Below are positions 16,625 to 26,779 of a stretch of DNA of 64,000 nt, piece after piece. The DNA is from Myxococcota bacterium. GTDB lineage: Bacteria > Myxococcota_A > Polyangia > Nannocystales > Nannocystaceae. Under the pieces are notes generated by a model that saw only the letters and a list, made by a program, of their open reading frames with translations, did no database searches and had not been told where the DNA came from. Every line of letters begins with the position of its first letter. The stretch's first letter is position 1. The DNA lies in contig JBCCHT010000020.1 of the NCBI GenBank assembly GCA_039028615.1, positions 149,307-213,306 of the forward strand, written 5' to 3'. The translations under genes and the position numbers were made by a program.

Positions 16625-19600
16625 TCAGGTGTCCACGCTGGGATCGCCCTCGAGACGGACCAGCGAGGCACACACGCCCGGCTTGTCGCGCACCGCTCGG
16701 GCCTCGGCCGCCACCACGGCGTCTCGCTCCCCGAACAGCTCGCCTCGCACCAGCCGAGTCATCGCGGTTTGTGCCGCCTGCTCGTGGCTCAGCGCCATCG
16801 ACAGGCTGGTGTCGAGTTCGGCCCGAGCCAAGCGCGGGTTGCCGGACAGCGCGGCCAGGCGCCCCGCTTCGCGCAACGCATGCGGCAAACCATTGCGGAA
16901 ACGGACCGTCGTCCACAAGGCGCTCCGCAGGCAGCGACGCGCTTGCGCGAGCGCGGTCGCCCGCTCCGAGGCGGTCTCTGCTTTTTGGGCGGCCCGACGC
17001 CAAGCGGTGGTGCGCCAGACATCGAGCTCGGAGAGCAGCTCGGTGCTCATCAGCCCGGTGTCGCGCAGCTCGACCGAGGTCTTGTCGAGGATCGCCACCG
17101 CTTCCACCGGTCGCGAGGCACCGAGCAATCGCAGGCCGTTGGCCATGGTGGCGAGCAGCTTGGTGTAGTGGTGATCGATCTGCTCGGCGATCTCCGCCTG
17201 CACGCGGATCATCATCGAGGGCACGCGTCCCCCAGAGGCCAAGGTCCACACCAGGATGCTCTTGGCCGCCGCGAACATGTCCCCCGAGTCGAGCGACTCT
17301 TCGTGCACGCGGCGGGCAATCCCGGTGGTCTCAGCGCTGCGCCCGACCTGAAGCATGGCCATGGCGGCGTGCAGCAAGGCATCGTGGGCCTCGGCCGCGT
17401 CGCCCATCGACTCGAGGCTCTCGGCCGCCACGGTGGAGACCCGAGCCGCTTCGGCGAACCGAGACGCAGCGTAGAGCACCACGCCCTGCTGATGCAGCGA
17501 CTGCGCCTCACCCCAGCGGTCGCCCAGCCGACGCTGGATCTCGAGGCTGCGGTCGACGTAGGTCAGGCCCCGGCGGAACCAGGGCAGCACGGCGAGCATC
17601 ATGCCGTGCCCCGCGTAAGCGCGACCCATCTCCGGCGTGGGCGGGTGACGCTCGGCCGCGTTGAGCTCCCGCAGGTGCGGCCAAAAGACCTGCATGCCGC
17701 CGCGGCTGAAGTAGTAGGCGTGCGACAGCCGGCTATAGACCCGCATGGCGAGCCGCTCGACCTCGGCGGCGGGCCGCGGTGCCTGGCTGGACGGGAAGTA
17801 GGTGTGACGCAGCTGAACCGCGACCTCGCGCAGGTTCTTGAACAGCAGGTTGGTGCGCCCCTGCGGCACGGGCTCGCCGAGATCGTCGAGCGCCGCCTCG
17901 AGCACGGTGGCCGCGGCCACGACATCACCCCGACCCAGCTCGACCTCGCCCAGCTTGTACAGGACCTTGGCTCGTTGCTCGCCGCGGGTCAGCTGCTCGC
18001 GCACCCGAGACAGCTCGGCCGCGGCCTCGTCGAAGCGACCCTGTCGCATCAACACTTCGGCGTACTCGTTGCGAACCCGAACCTCGTCGGTGGTGCCGAA
18101 CTTGCCCGCCGCCAGTGCTCGTCGGTACAGGTCGGCGGCGCGATCGAAGGCCAAGGTCTGCGAGGCGGCCTCGGCCGCCTGGAGGTAGTGCGGGACGCTC
18201 TGCGCCGGTCGCCCCCCCGCTTCGAGGTGTCGACCGATCCGCTCGTGATCGAGGTTGCCCTCGGCCTGCATCGCGTCGACCAGGCGCAGGTGCCAGGCCT
18301 GACACTCCTGCTCGCCCATCTGCTCGATGACCGCCTGCCGAATGCGATCGTGATAGGTCTCGATGACCTCGACGCCACGCGTGCCCTTGACCCGCAGAAG
18401 GTGTGCGGTACGCAGCTGCACCATCGCGGTGCTCTCTTGCCCGCCGATGTCGGCCGCACGCCGAGCCACCGCGCGCGCGACCGGACCCGCCGCGACCGAG
18501 AGCGTCTCGAGCAAGCGCCGGGCGGGCGGCTCGAGGTGCTTGATGCGAGCCCGCATGACCTCTTCGACGGTGAGGCCCTTGGCCGACAGCGCGGGGCTGT
18601 CGGGGCTCGTGGCGTAGCGCGCCATCTCGACGAGCAAGAACGGATCGCCCTTGGCTTCGGCCGCGACCTCGGTGGGGCCGATCTGCTTGGGGCTGACGAT
18701 GAGCGTGCGCGCCAGGGCCAGCGCGGCGAGAGGCTCGAGCGCCCCGAGATAGATCATCTCGTGATTGGGCTGTGCGGGCAGGAAGTGCCGCAGGAAGTCG
18801 CTGGTGGCCTGGTCCTCGCGGCGGAAGCTGCCCAGCAGCAACAGCGGCGGCATGGGATGGCCGAGCACCTCGGCCAAGACCTGAGCACTGTCGACGTCGC
18901 CCCACTGGAGGTCGTCGATGGAGATGATGAGCGGGGCGTGTCGAGCGAGCGCATGGAGCAGCTGCCCAAGCGCGGCGACGCCCTGCCGACGAATGCGAGC
19001 GGGGTCGGTGGTGAGCGGGACGTCGCCGTCGCGGTTGGACGACGGCGCCCCCACGACGACGGTGGAGCGAGCGGAGAGCCCCGGGTCGACCAGCCGCGGC
19101 TCGCTGCCTCGCGTCGCGGCGGAGAACTGCTGCGCCATCGCGTCGGCCCGCGCATCGGCGTCGAGCTCGGGCGAGTCGAGGCCGCGGGGCTCCGTGACCG
19201 AGATGGTCTGCAGCTGCCGAATCTCCTCCATGGAGTCGGCCGGCTTGCGCTCGACGGTGGAGGGCGCGGGCACGCTGGGCGACTCGAACTGCGCCAGCAC
19301 GGGAAAGAGGCGACCCAGTGCCCAGCGGTGCTTGGGCATGACCTCTTCGCGCTCGTCGGGCGGCATGCTGGCCAAGTGCTGGCACACCGCGTCCATGACC
19401 GCGTCGAGGGCCTTATAAGGCACCGACTCTTGCTCGTAGCAGCGCCCGGTGAGCACGACGGCCCCGTTGCGACGCTGCCGCGCGAGGAACTGGCGCATCA
19501 ATGCGCTCTTGCCCATGCCGGCCCGACCGGTGACGAGCAGGAGCTGGCCTTCGCCGCGGCTCACCGTGCGCATCGCCGACTCGAGCTGCTTGAGCTCGTC

Positions 19601-20629
19601 ATCGCGACCGAGCAGCGGGGTCTCGGTGCGATTGCGGGGTGGCAGCGTACGCTCGGTGTCGCCACACAGAAGATCGAGAATGGCCGGACCCTCGGGGCGG
19701 AGCGCGGGGTCGCGGGCCATCAACGCCAGGCACAGACGATCGAGGTCGACGGGGATGCCCCCGACGACGGCGCTGGGCGGCTCGGGGTCGCGCTCGAGCT
19801 TCTCGCGCACGGGATCGATGCCGGGGTGAGGCAATCGCCCGGTGAGCGCCTCGTAGAGCATCACTCCCACCGCATAGAAGTCGGCGGAGGGGCTGGGGCG
19901 CTCGCCCTGCGCCTGCTCGGGAGACATGTACGCGGGCGTGCCCGCGGCCGCGGCTTGACCCGCCAGCTCCGCCGACACGCCAAAGTCCAGCAACACCGCA
20001 CGCCCCGAGTCGTCGACCATCAGGTTCGAGGGCTTGACGTCGCGATGCACATGACCGGCTTCGTGCAGCGCCATCAGACCGCGCACGAGCTGAGCGGTGA
20101 CCGTGCGCAGGGTGGGCAGCTGCTCTGCCACCAAGGGCGGGAAGTAGGCCAGCTCTCCGGTGAGCGCCGTGGGGACCCGCTCGGGAGCGGCGCCCGACCA
20201 CTCGGCCACGGTGTCGCGATCGGCCACGGGAGGCCGCGGCAGGTCGGACTCCCACGTCGGAATCGCCCCCACCGGACGCCGCACGTAGCCGAGGAAATCG
20301 TTGCCGTCCACCAGCTCCATGGTGAACATCAGGTCCTCCCCCGCGGCGTGCAGCTCGTAGAGCTTCACCAGGTTGGGGTGGGCCAGGTCGGCCATCGATC
20401 GGAACTCTCGCTTGAAGGCGAGCATGCCGGCCGAGCCCTGGACGTTGAGCACCTTGAGAGCGAGCTCGACGCCTCGCTGACGATCGAGCGCCCGGTACAC
20501 CACGCTCGACGTACCCCGCCCGAGCGTCGAGCGGATCTCGAAGCGTTCGTCCCCATCGAAGCTGGGGGGTTGCCTCGGCGAGGAGCCACCGATCCTCGCC
20601 GAAGACCCGTCTGGGGGAGCCGGGTTCAC
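16625..20629 (-). CDS. Ser/Thr kinase-AAA ATPase (STAND)-TPR multidomain protein
   Basis: LGRG..SVVY, HRDVKPSN, LLDFG, YMSPE; LLGRDDEL, Walker A GRAGMGKS, Walker B IISIDDLQWGD, HDRIRQ; start set at GTG 20629 after TAGGAT. Confidence 0.92.
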   Translation of the reverse strand: MNPAPPDGSSARIGGSSPRQPPSFDGDERFEIRSTLGRGTSSVVYRALDRQRGVELALKVLNVQGSAGMLAFKREFRSMADLAHPNLVKLYELHAAGEDLMFTMELVDGNDFLGYVRRPVGAIPTWESDLPRPPVADRDTVAEWSGAAPERVPTALTGELAYFPPLVAEQLPTLRTVTAQLVRGLMALHEAGHVHRDVKPSNLMVDDSGRAVLLDFGVSAELAGQAAAAGTPAYMSPEQAQGERPSPSADFYAVGVMLYEALTGRLPHPGIDPVREKLERDPEPPSAVVGGIPVDLDRLCLALMARDPALRPEGPAILDLLCGDTERTLPPRNRTETPLLGRDDELKQLESAMRTVSRGEGQLLLVTGRAGMGKSALMRQFLARQRRNGAVVLTGRCYEQESVPYKALDAVMDAVCQHLASMPPDEREEVMPKHRWALGRLFPVLAQFESPSVPAPSTVERKPADSMEEIRQLQTISVTEPRGLDSPELDADARADAMAQQFSAATRGSEPRLVDPGLSARSTVVVGAPSSNRDGDVPLTTDPARIRRQGVAALGQLLHALARHAPLIISIDDLQWGDVDSAQVLAEVLGHPMPPLLLLGSFRREDQATSDFLRHFLPAQPNHEMIYLGALEPLAALALARTLIVSPKQIGPTEVAAEAKGDPFLLVEMARYATSPDSPALSAKGLTVEEVMRARIKHLEPPARRLLETLSVAAGPVARAVARRAADIGGQESTAMVQLRTAHLLRVKGTRGVEVIETYHDRIRQAVIEQMGEQECQAWHLRLVDAMQAEGNLDHERIGRHLEAGGRPAQSVPHYLQAAEAASQTLAFDRAADLYRRALAAGKFGTTDEVRVRNEYAEVLMRQGRFDEAAAELSRVREQLTRGEQRAKVLYKLGEVELGRGDVVAAATVLEAALDDLGEPVPQGRTNLLFKNLREVAVQLRHTYFPSSQAPRPAAEVERLAMRVYSRLSHAYYFSRGGMQVFWPHLRELNAAERHPPTPEMGRAYAGHGMMLAVLPWFRRGLTYVDRSLEIQRRLGDRWGEAQSLHQQGVVLYAASRFAEAARVSTVAAESLESMGDAAEAHDALLHAAMAMLQVGRSAETTGIARRVHEESLDSGDMFAAAKSILVWTLASGGRVPSMMIRVQAEIAEQIDHHYTKLLATMANGLRLLGASRPVEAVAILDKTSVELRDTGLMSTELLSELDVWRTTAWRRAAQKAETASERATALAQARRCLRSALWTTVRFRNGLPHALREAGRLAALSGNPRLARAELDTSLSMALSHEQAAQTAMTRLVRGELFGERDAVVAAEARAVRDKPGVCASLVRLEGDPSVDT

Positions 20630-20871
20630 GCCGTACCATCCTAGCTGGTGTCGAGGGCGGGGAACATGTCGCTCGCGGATGAAATCACAGGCCGTCTCGC
20701 ATGCGAAACCAGCCCTACGCTCGCAGCGTTGGGCGATGGGGCAGCTCGCCACGGTTGCCTCCCATTCCCGGCACCGACCACGCCGTTTCGGGACGCCATC
20801 GATCGGCCACGTGCGGACGCTCCCGCCGCCGAGACCTCACTCCCGAGCGACCATTTGGGGGCAATCGACGT

Positions 20872-22752
20872 TCAATCAGCGTACAGCCGCATCCACTGTT
20901 CGAGCACGATGAGCGTCCACAGCCGCAGGCCATGATCCCGTAGGCCACGGCGGTGCTCTTCGACCAGGCGGCCGATGGCTTCGGCATCGAGCAAGTCGCG
21001 TCGGCGCAGCAGCTGCGGCGCGAGCCATTCATCGACCAAACGATCGAGGTCGTTTCGCATCCACACCCCGAGCGGTGCGTTGAAGCCGAGCTTCCGCCGA
21101 CGCAAGACCTGATCCGGCAGGCGCCCGCGCGTGATCTTGCGGAGCACCCGCTTCGACGCCAGCGCGCCCACGCGATGCCGGGCCGGAATCTGCATCGCCA
21201 GCTCGATCAAACGGTGATCACAAAAGGGCACGCGCAGCTCGAGGCCGTGCGCCATGCTCATGCGATCGGAGCCGCGCAGCACGTTCTCGGGGAGGAAGCC
21301 GTGCAGGTCGGCGTACGCCGCTCGCTCGACCAGGCCCGCGGCGGCGGGCCGGTTGAAATGCTCCACCACCGGATCGAGTCGTTCGGTCGCGCGGAGTCGC
21401 TCGCGAAGCGACGCCGTCAGCAAGCGGTCGCGCGCCGCGGGCCGGGCATAGGCCACCCATGATGCGTAGCGCTCGGCGTCGGGCAAGCGCAGGCCTTCGA
21501 GGAACTGCCGGGCCCACCGACGATAGCTGCGGGCGGTGCTCTTCTCCCGCCCCTCGGTCACCCGACTCGCCATGTCGAGCCACGAGCGAGGAATCGAGCG
21601 GCCCACGCCCGACATCCACAGGCCGCGATAGCGAGGGTAGCCGCCGAAGATCTCGTCGCCGCCGTCGCCGGCCAGCGCCACCGTGACGTGCTGGCGAACG
21701 AACTGCGACAGCGCCGAGCTCAGCATCGCAGTGGGGCTCCCGAAGGGCTCGTCGAAGCCACGCACCATCGCCTCGAGCCCGGACAGCACGTCGACGTCGA
21801 GCTCGAGCTCGTGGTGATGGGTGCCGAAGTGCTGCGCCACCACGTTGGCCTCGGAGCGCTCGTCGTAGCTTCGCCCCTCCTCGCCGTAGCCGACGCAGAA
21901 CGTCTTCACCGGGCCGTGACCACGCTCCGACAGCACGGCCACGATCGTCGACGAGTCGAGCCCCCCGGACAAAAAGGCCCCCAGCGGAACGTCGGCGATG
22001 GTGCGGGCCGCGATGGCATCCTCGAGCACGGGCGCGACGATCTCGGCCCAGGTCTCGAGCGAGTGCTGGGGCACGATGGCGGGCTCGGCATCCCAGTAGC
22101 GACGGATCTCGATCTCGCCGTCCTTCCACGTCAGCGTGTGACCGGGGGGCAGCTGACGAATGCCCTCGAACATCGAGAGCGGTGGCGGCACGTAGTACAG
22201 GTCGAGATAGGCATCGACCGCCACCGGGTCGAGTGCGCGCGAGACCTGCGGGCACGCCAGCAGTGCCTTGGGCTCGGACCCGAACGCCAGCGCCGGACCC
22301 TGCGGGCCCTGGAACACCGCGTAGTACAGCGGCTTGATGCCCACCCGATCGCGCGCGAGCAGCAGGCGACGCTCGTCCTCGTCCCACAGCGCAAAGGCAA
22401 ACATGCCGCCGAGGTGGTCGAGCATGGCGTCGCCCCACTGGCGATGGGCGACCAGCAGAATCTCGGTATCCGAGCGGGACTCGAATGTGTGGCCGAGGTC
22501 CTCGAGCTGCGCCCGCAGCTCACGGAAGTTGTAGACCTCGCCGTTGTAGCTGACCCACTGGCCCCGATCGGCGCTGGCCATGGGCTGGGCCCCGCCTTCG
22601 AGGTCGATGATCGACAAGCGTCGATGACCGAGCGCCCAGCCATCGCCATGCGCGTAGCCGTAGGCATCGGGTCCGCGGTGGCGCAGGCTCGCCGTCATCG
22701 CCTCGAGCAGCGAAGGGTCGGAGAACCCGACCATGCCGGTGATGCCGCACAT
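20872..22752 (-). CDS. asnB: Asparagine synthase (glutamine-hydrolysing), polysaccharide amidotransferase type
   Basis: MCGITG, HRGPD, HRRLSIID, FLSGGLDSS, GDGGDEIFGGY, ELRVPFCD. Confidence 0.95.
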   Translation of the reverse strand: MCGITGMVGFSDPSLLEAMTASLRHRGPDAYGYAHGDGWALGHRRLSIIDLEGGAQPMASADRGQWVSYNGEVYNFRELRAQLEDLGHTFESRSDTEILLVAHRQWGDAMLDHLGGMFAFALWDEDERRLLLARDRVGIKPLYYAVFQGPQGPALAFGSEPKALLACPQVSRALDPVAVDAYLDLYYVPPPLSMFEGIRQLPPGHTLTWKDGEIEIRRYWDAEPAIVPQHSLETWAEIVAPVLEDAIAARTIADVPLGAFLSGGLDSSTIVAVLSERGHGPVKTFCVGYGEEGRSYDERSEANVVAQHFGTHHHELELDVDVLSGLEAMVRGFDEPFGSPTAMLSSALSQFVRQHVTVALAGDGGDEIFGGYPRYRGLWMSGVGRSIPRSWLDMASRVTEGREKSTARSYRRWARQFLEGLRLPDAERYASWVAYARPAARDRLLTASLRERLRATERLDPVVEHFNRPAAAGLVERAAYADLHGFLPENVLRGSDRMSMAHGLELRVPFCDHRLIELAMQIPARHRVGALASKRVLRKITRGRLPDQVLRRRKLGFNAPLGVWMRNDLDRLVDEWLAPQLLRRRDLLDAEAIGRLVEEHRRGLRDHGLRLWTLIVLEQWMRLYAD

Positions 22753-22767
22753 GGAACCGAGACGTTA

Positions 22768-22787
22768 CTAGCAGGTCGTTGAAAAGC
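22768..22787. mobile_element. Solitary IS5-family terminal inverted repeat next to a CTAG target
   Basis: CTAG-CAGGTCGTTGAAAAGC closely matches the IS end CTAG-CAGGCTGTTAAAAAGC at 60254. Confidence 0.55.
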
Positions 22788-22929
22788 CCACGCGAGCCGA
22801 GGGCACCCCCTCGCCGCCCTCCAGCGACACGCGCAAAACCGCCAGCAAGCACCGCTCTCGTTGCGGTTTCGGTGCCATCCGGTAAGCCGCGTCCGTGCAC
22901 GGCTCCCTCGTCGACGCTACGGTGTCCGG

Positions 22930-23127
22930 GTGCAGCGCCTGAGATGGACCGTCATCGCCTTCGCGGCCGCTGCCGCTGCCGCTGCCGCTGCGAACGGGTT
23001 CCATGGGTGGTTGCATACGAATCTGAAGATTGACTCCTGTCTCGATTCGGGCGGCTGCTGGGACCACTGCCACTCTCGGTGCGAGCGCGAGAGCCAAGCT
23101 CAGTGCAATCGCTGCAAGCCTGAGTGA
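22930..23127 (+). CDS. Small Cys-rich membrane-anchored protein (DxCLDxGGxW motif)
   Basis: GTG 6 nt after TACGGT; hydrophobic poly-Ala stretch, then IDSCLDSGGCWD and further Cys. Confidence 0.55.
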   Translation: MQRLRWTVIAFAAAAAAAAAANGFHGWLHTNLKIDSCLDSGGCWDHCHSRCERESQAQCNRCKPE

Positions 23128-23372
23128 CCCGAAGATAGAGCCAAGTGCAATGGGCCTGGCTACAGCACTCTCCACGTGGAGATGGCCGGACCAGCCGCCG
23201 CGGGCCGTTTTTGCAGCCGTGCGGACGCGGGGTCGGCGAAACTCGCCCGCAACCGAGCACTTCGGCACCAAGATCGCCGCGCCGCATAACACCTCACGAT
23301 AATAGGGTTTTTCCTGACCCACATGCTCCACCGTGCCCGCAATCCGCGAAACCGCTCGGGGCTACTGGTCGC

Positions 23373-23388
23373 TGGCACGGGCCTTGCT
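23373..23388 (+). promoter_or_regulatory. Sigma54 promoter for the Coq4-like gene
   Basis: TGGCACG-GGCC-TTGCT exact consensus, followed by GAGGGGG RBS and TTG 23419. Confidence 0.75.
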
Positions 23389-23418
23389 GAAATGATCTGA
23401 AAGAGGGGGGACACCAGC

Positions 23419-24144
23419 TTGAAGCACACACTTGGCTTGGCCGGACACGCATACGAACTGACACGACTCTTTGCTCGCTCGGCCTGGACCGGCGACCCGA
23501 CGACGGCCCGCGACATCGAAGGCGTCCTCATGGCCATGGCGCCCCCCAAGGCCCGCGATCGGCTGGCCGAATCGCTCCGCCAGGTACCGGAGTTCGCCGA
23601 CGGGTCCGAGCCCCGCGCTCTTCCTCCGGGCTTTGGCCCCGATCATCTCCGCCGCTGTGAGCCGGGCACTTTGGGCGCGGCCTATCTCCGCCTGATGCGA
23701 GACTTCGACCTCGACCCGGAGTCCTTGCCCACGCTCCACACGAGTAACGACCTCACCTACTTCCGGCGGCGAGTCATGGAGTCCCACGACATCTGGCAGG
23801 TCATCGCCGACTGCCCCGCCGACATCGAGGGTGAGCTGGGCGTGGTGGGCTTTTACTTCGGCCACTTCGCGCGCTACTTGAGCGGGCCAACCGGGACCTA
23901 CAACGCGGTCATCGGCATGAACCTCGCGGCCGGGCTGCTCCACGTCTCACGCACGCGACCGCGACGGCTCCTGCCCATCGTGACTCGCGTGCTCCGCAAC
24001 GTGTACCGGGGCTATCTCGCGGCCCCGCTGTTCTCCCTGCACGGGGAGCAGATGTGGGGGCAACCGGTGACCGAGCTGCTGCCCGACGACGCGGCACGAG
24101 CCGCGATGCCGGCCAACGACGCACCGCGCCTCGTGGTCCACTGA
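23419..24144 (+). CDS. Coq4 family protein
   Basis: PGTLGAAY, YFRRRVMESHDIWQV...DIEGELGVVGF, W-GQPV. Confidence 0.75.
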   Translation: MKHTLGLAGHAYELTRLFARSAWTGDPTTARDIEGVLMAMAPPKARDRLAESLRQVPEFADGSEPRALPPGFGPDHLRRCEPGTLGAAYLRLMRDFDLDPESLPTLHTSNDLTYFRRRVMESHDIWQVIADCPADIEGELGVVGFYFGHFARYLSGPTGTYNAVIGMNLAAGLLHVSRTRPRRLLPIVTRVLRNVYRGYLAAPLFSLHGEQMWGQPVTELLPDDAARAAMPANDAPRLVVH

Positions 24145-24160
24145 GCGTGCTCGGGCCGAT

Positions 24161-25312
24161 CTAGCCCTTGGCGGCGCCGGCCAGGGCATCGGCGAGGCCC
24201 CGGTGGAAGTGCGCCAGCGGGTACTCGATGCTGCCGACGGGGAAGGTCTGGTTGGCGCCCGAGTGCAGCGTGCTCTGGATGCTCTGCGCCGTGGCGAGGT
24301 CTTCTTTCTGGAACACGTTGCCTTCGATGAGGTCGAAGGTCTGATCCCAGTGGTCGCGCGCTTCGGTCGAGACCTCTCCCGCGGGGATCAGCATGCGGTG
24401 CTCGTAGCGCGAGGTCTCGTGCGTCACCGGGGTCATGACGATGTGCGAGATCCAGTCGGGGTGAAACACCAAGATCGTGCTGGGGAACAGGTAGTAGAAG
24501 ACGGTGGTCGTCTTGCGAATGTCCCACTGCTCGGGGGCTTGCGCGTCGAGCTCGTCGATGGTGCGCCGGGCCCCGACCGAGCGCACGTGCTGGCCGAGCA
24601 CGTCGAAGATGAGCCCGTCGGCGTGGAAGAAGCGATAGACCGTGTCGCGGTGCAACGAGCGGAGGTGATAGCCCTCGACGAAGGCGTCGATTACCAGCTT
24701 CCAGTTGCAGTTCAGGGTCTGGCTCACCTTGCGGTGGACCTGGTGCTCGCCGAGCCCGAAGCTCTCGAGCTCGGACCCCAGCGGGCCGAGGAAGGCGTCG
24801 AGGTCGAGGGTGCCCTCGCGCTCGGGGACCGCCCACACGAAGCCGCCCGCGGTGGCGGTGGGCAGCGGGACCAAGCCGCGCTCGGCCTTGTCCATCGAGG
24901 GAAAGCACTCCGCCCGGGGCACGTGAATGAGCGAGCCCCGAAGGTCGTAGGACCACGCGTGATAGGGGCACGTGAAGGCCTTGCGCTTCCCGTAGGGCTC
25001 GGTCACCACCCGGCTGCCCCGGTGGCGACACGCGTTGATGAAGGCCTGCGGTCCCTCGGGGCCACGCACGACCACCATCGGCATGCCGGCCACGTCGTGC
25101 GTCACGAAATCGCCCGACTCGGGGAGCTCGGAGACGTGCGCCACGGGCAGCGGATAGCGGCGAAACAGGACGTCGCGCTCGTGCTGGGCCCGCTGCGGAT
25201 CGGTATAGGTCGACACGTCGACCGAGGCATCGTGGTCACCGAGCTGGGGGGCCTTGTCGGCCACGCTCTGCCGGAGTCGGGTGAGGAGCTCGACTTGGAG
25301 TTCGTGCTGCAT
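24161..25312 (-). CDS. Rieske aromatic ring-hydroxylating oxygenase alpha subunit
   Basis: NACRHRG and CPYHAW Rieske ligands; NWK...EGYHLRSLH and EDLA mononuclear Fe ligands. Confidence 0.92.
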   Translation of the reverse strand: MQHELQVELLTRLRQSVADKAPQLGDHDASVDVSTYTDPQRAQHERDVLFRRYPLPVAHVSELPESGDFVTHDVAGMPMVVVRGPEGPQAFINACRHRGSRVVTEPYGKRKAFTCPYHAWSYDLRGSLIHVPRAECFPSMDKAERGLVPLPTATAGGFVWAVPEREGTLDLDAFLGPLGSELESFGLGEHQVHRKVSQTLNCNWKLVIDAFVEGYHLRSLHRDTVYRFFHADGLIFDVLGQHVRSVGARRTIDELDAQAPEQWDIRKTTTVFYYLFPSTILVFHPDWISHIVMTPVTHETSRYEHRMLIPAGEVSTEARDHWDQTFDLIEGNVFQKEDLATAQSIQSTLHSGANQTFPVGSIEYPLAHFHRGLADALAGAAKG

Positions 25313-25320
25313 GGTGGCGC

Positions 25321-26697
25321 TCAGGCCTCGCGGATCACGAGTCGTAGCTTACCCCGATTGGTGCGAGGCAGCCGGGTCTCCATCACGACCTCCACCTGAA
25401 GCTCTGGACCGAGCCGCTGTCGGACCTCGTCGCGCAGGCGCGCCTCGTGCTCGGGCGTCCACGCGCCTCGAGGTACCACGTGAATGGCGATCGCTCCGGC
25501 TTGCCGCTGGCGGATCTGGGCCTCGTGAATGAAGGTCAGCGCCTTGAAGACATGGTCGAGCCGCCCCACTCGAGCCCCGGTATCGAGCTCGACGTAGTCC
25601 TCGTCGCGCCCATCGATGGACAGCAACCGTCGCCCCGGGGCTCGGCTCTCGTCGGGCTCGTCCTCGACCCGCACCAAGTCTCCCGTCTCGTAGCGAATGA
25701 AGGGCTGGTGCCAGTGATCGAGGCTGGTGCCCACGATGCGCCGCACGCTGGAGTCGTCGCCGTCGTGCTCGAGCAGCTCGATCACCGAGAAATCTTCGTC
25801 GAAGCGCAGCTGACCGTCGGGCCACTCGCAGGCGTTGGCGATGGCCTCGGTCTGGGCGTACAGGTCGCGCGGCACGACCCCGAACGCCTCTTCGATGGTC
25901 TTGCGCGCCACGGGACCCAGGTTCTCCGACGAGGTCGTCACCCAGCGCAGCGCGGGCAAGCGCCGACCGGCCGCCAGCGCGGCCCGGGCCAGCGGCACCA
26001 CCAGCGAGGGATAGCCGTGGATCCACGGCAACGCCCGCTGCTCGATCTCGTCGAGGTACTCCTGCACGGTGTGCGGCCCCAGGTGGTAGCCCGATAGCAG
26101 CACCTGGCGCCCGGGCGCGTTCACTCGCACGTAGGGGCCGTGTTGCTGGTGCAGCGGGACGATCACGCGGCCGCCCAGCTGCGCACACCAGGTGCGGCGC
26201 GTGATGCCGTGCGCCCGACGGTAGCGCCAGCACACCGCCCACTGCTCGCGCAGCGCCGACTCCGAGGCGCGAAACACCAGCCCCGCGCCCGTGGTCCCGC
26301 TGGTCTTGCTCTGCGACATGCGACCGGCGACGGCCGGGACCTCCGACGCCCACATGCGTGACCCCTCGCGCACGATGATGTCCTTGGTCAGCCGCGGCAG
26401 CCGAGCCAGCTCGTCTTCGTGCTGCATGCGATGGGGCGAGAACCCCACCCGCGCGAACAAGTCGCGCCAGTAGGGCACGTGCTGCCCCGCGTGGATCAGC
26501 ATGGTGCGCAGGCGAGCGCGGCGATCGGCCTGACGCTGCGCCTCGGTCCACTGCATCCGCGCCTCGACCTGCCGCACCCGAGTGCTGAAGCCGGGAGGGA
26601 AGCGCTCGAGCTGGATCCGCAACCCCTCGGCGCTGCACGCCAGGTGTTGCGCCCACACGGGCGCGTGACCGTAGAGGCGGGTCACCGTAGCGAGCAC
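25321..26697 (-). CDS. Phenylacetate-CoA ligase/CapK-like adenylate-forming protein
   Basis: VPYWR, LPRLTK, KTSGTTG, HGYPS, YAQTE, PFIRYETGD, IDGRDED, RGKLR; start at GTG 26697 after TACAGT. Confidence 0.88.
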   Translation of the reverse strand: MLATVTRLYGHAPVWAQHLACSAEGLRIQLERFPPGFSTRVRQVEARMQWTEAQRQADRRARLRTMLIHAGQHVPYWRDLFARVGFSPHRMQHEDELARLPRLTKDIIVREGSRMWASEVPAVAGRMSQSKTSGTTGAGLVFRASESALREQWAVCWRYRRAHGITRRTWCAQLGGRVIVPLHQQHGPYVRVNAPGRQVLLSGYHLGPHTVQEYLDEIEQRALPWIHGYPSLVVPLARAALAAGRRLPALRWVTTSSENLGPVARKTIEEAFGVVPRDLYAQTEAIANACEWPDGQLRFDEDFSVIELLEHDGDDSSVRRIVGTSLDHWHQPFIRYETGDLVRVEDEPDESRAPGRRLLSIDGRDEDYVELDTGARVGRLDHVFKALTFIHEAQIRQRQAGAIAIHVVPRGAWTPEHEARLRDEVRQRLGPELQVEVVMETRLPRTNRGKLRLVIREA

Positions 26698-26779
26698 CCG
26701 CGTACTGTAGCGCGACTTCGCCGGGGTCACCCGCAGGAAACTGCCGCCCGCGTACGACGTGTTGGGCGGTAGTCGAGCG

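Noticed and set aside
16769..20644. 1291-aa ORF on the + strand, and similar long antisense ORFs (8078-10612, 37703-39886, 33300-35003, 53128-54789)
   Set aside because: Shadow frames of well-supported opposite-strand genes; expected in high-GC DNA; no motifs
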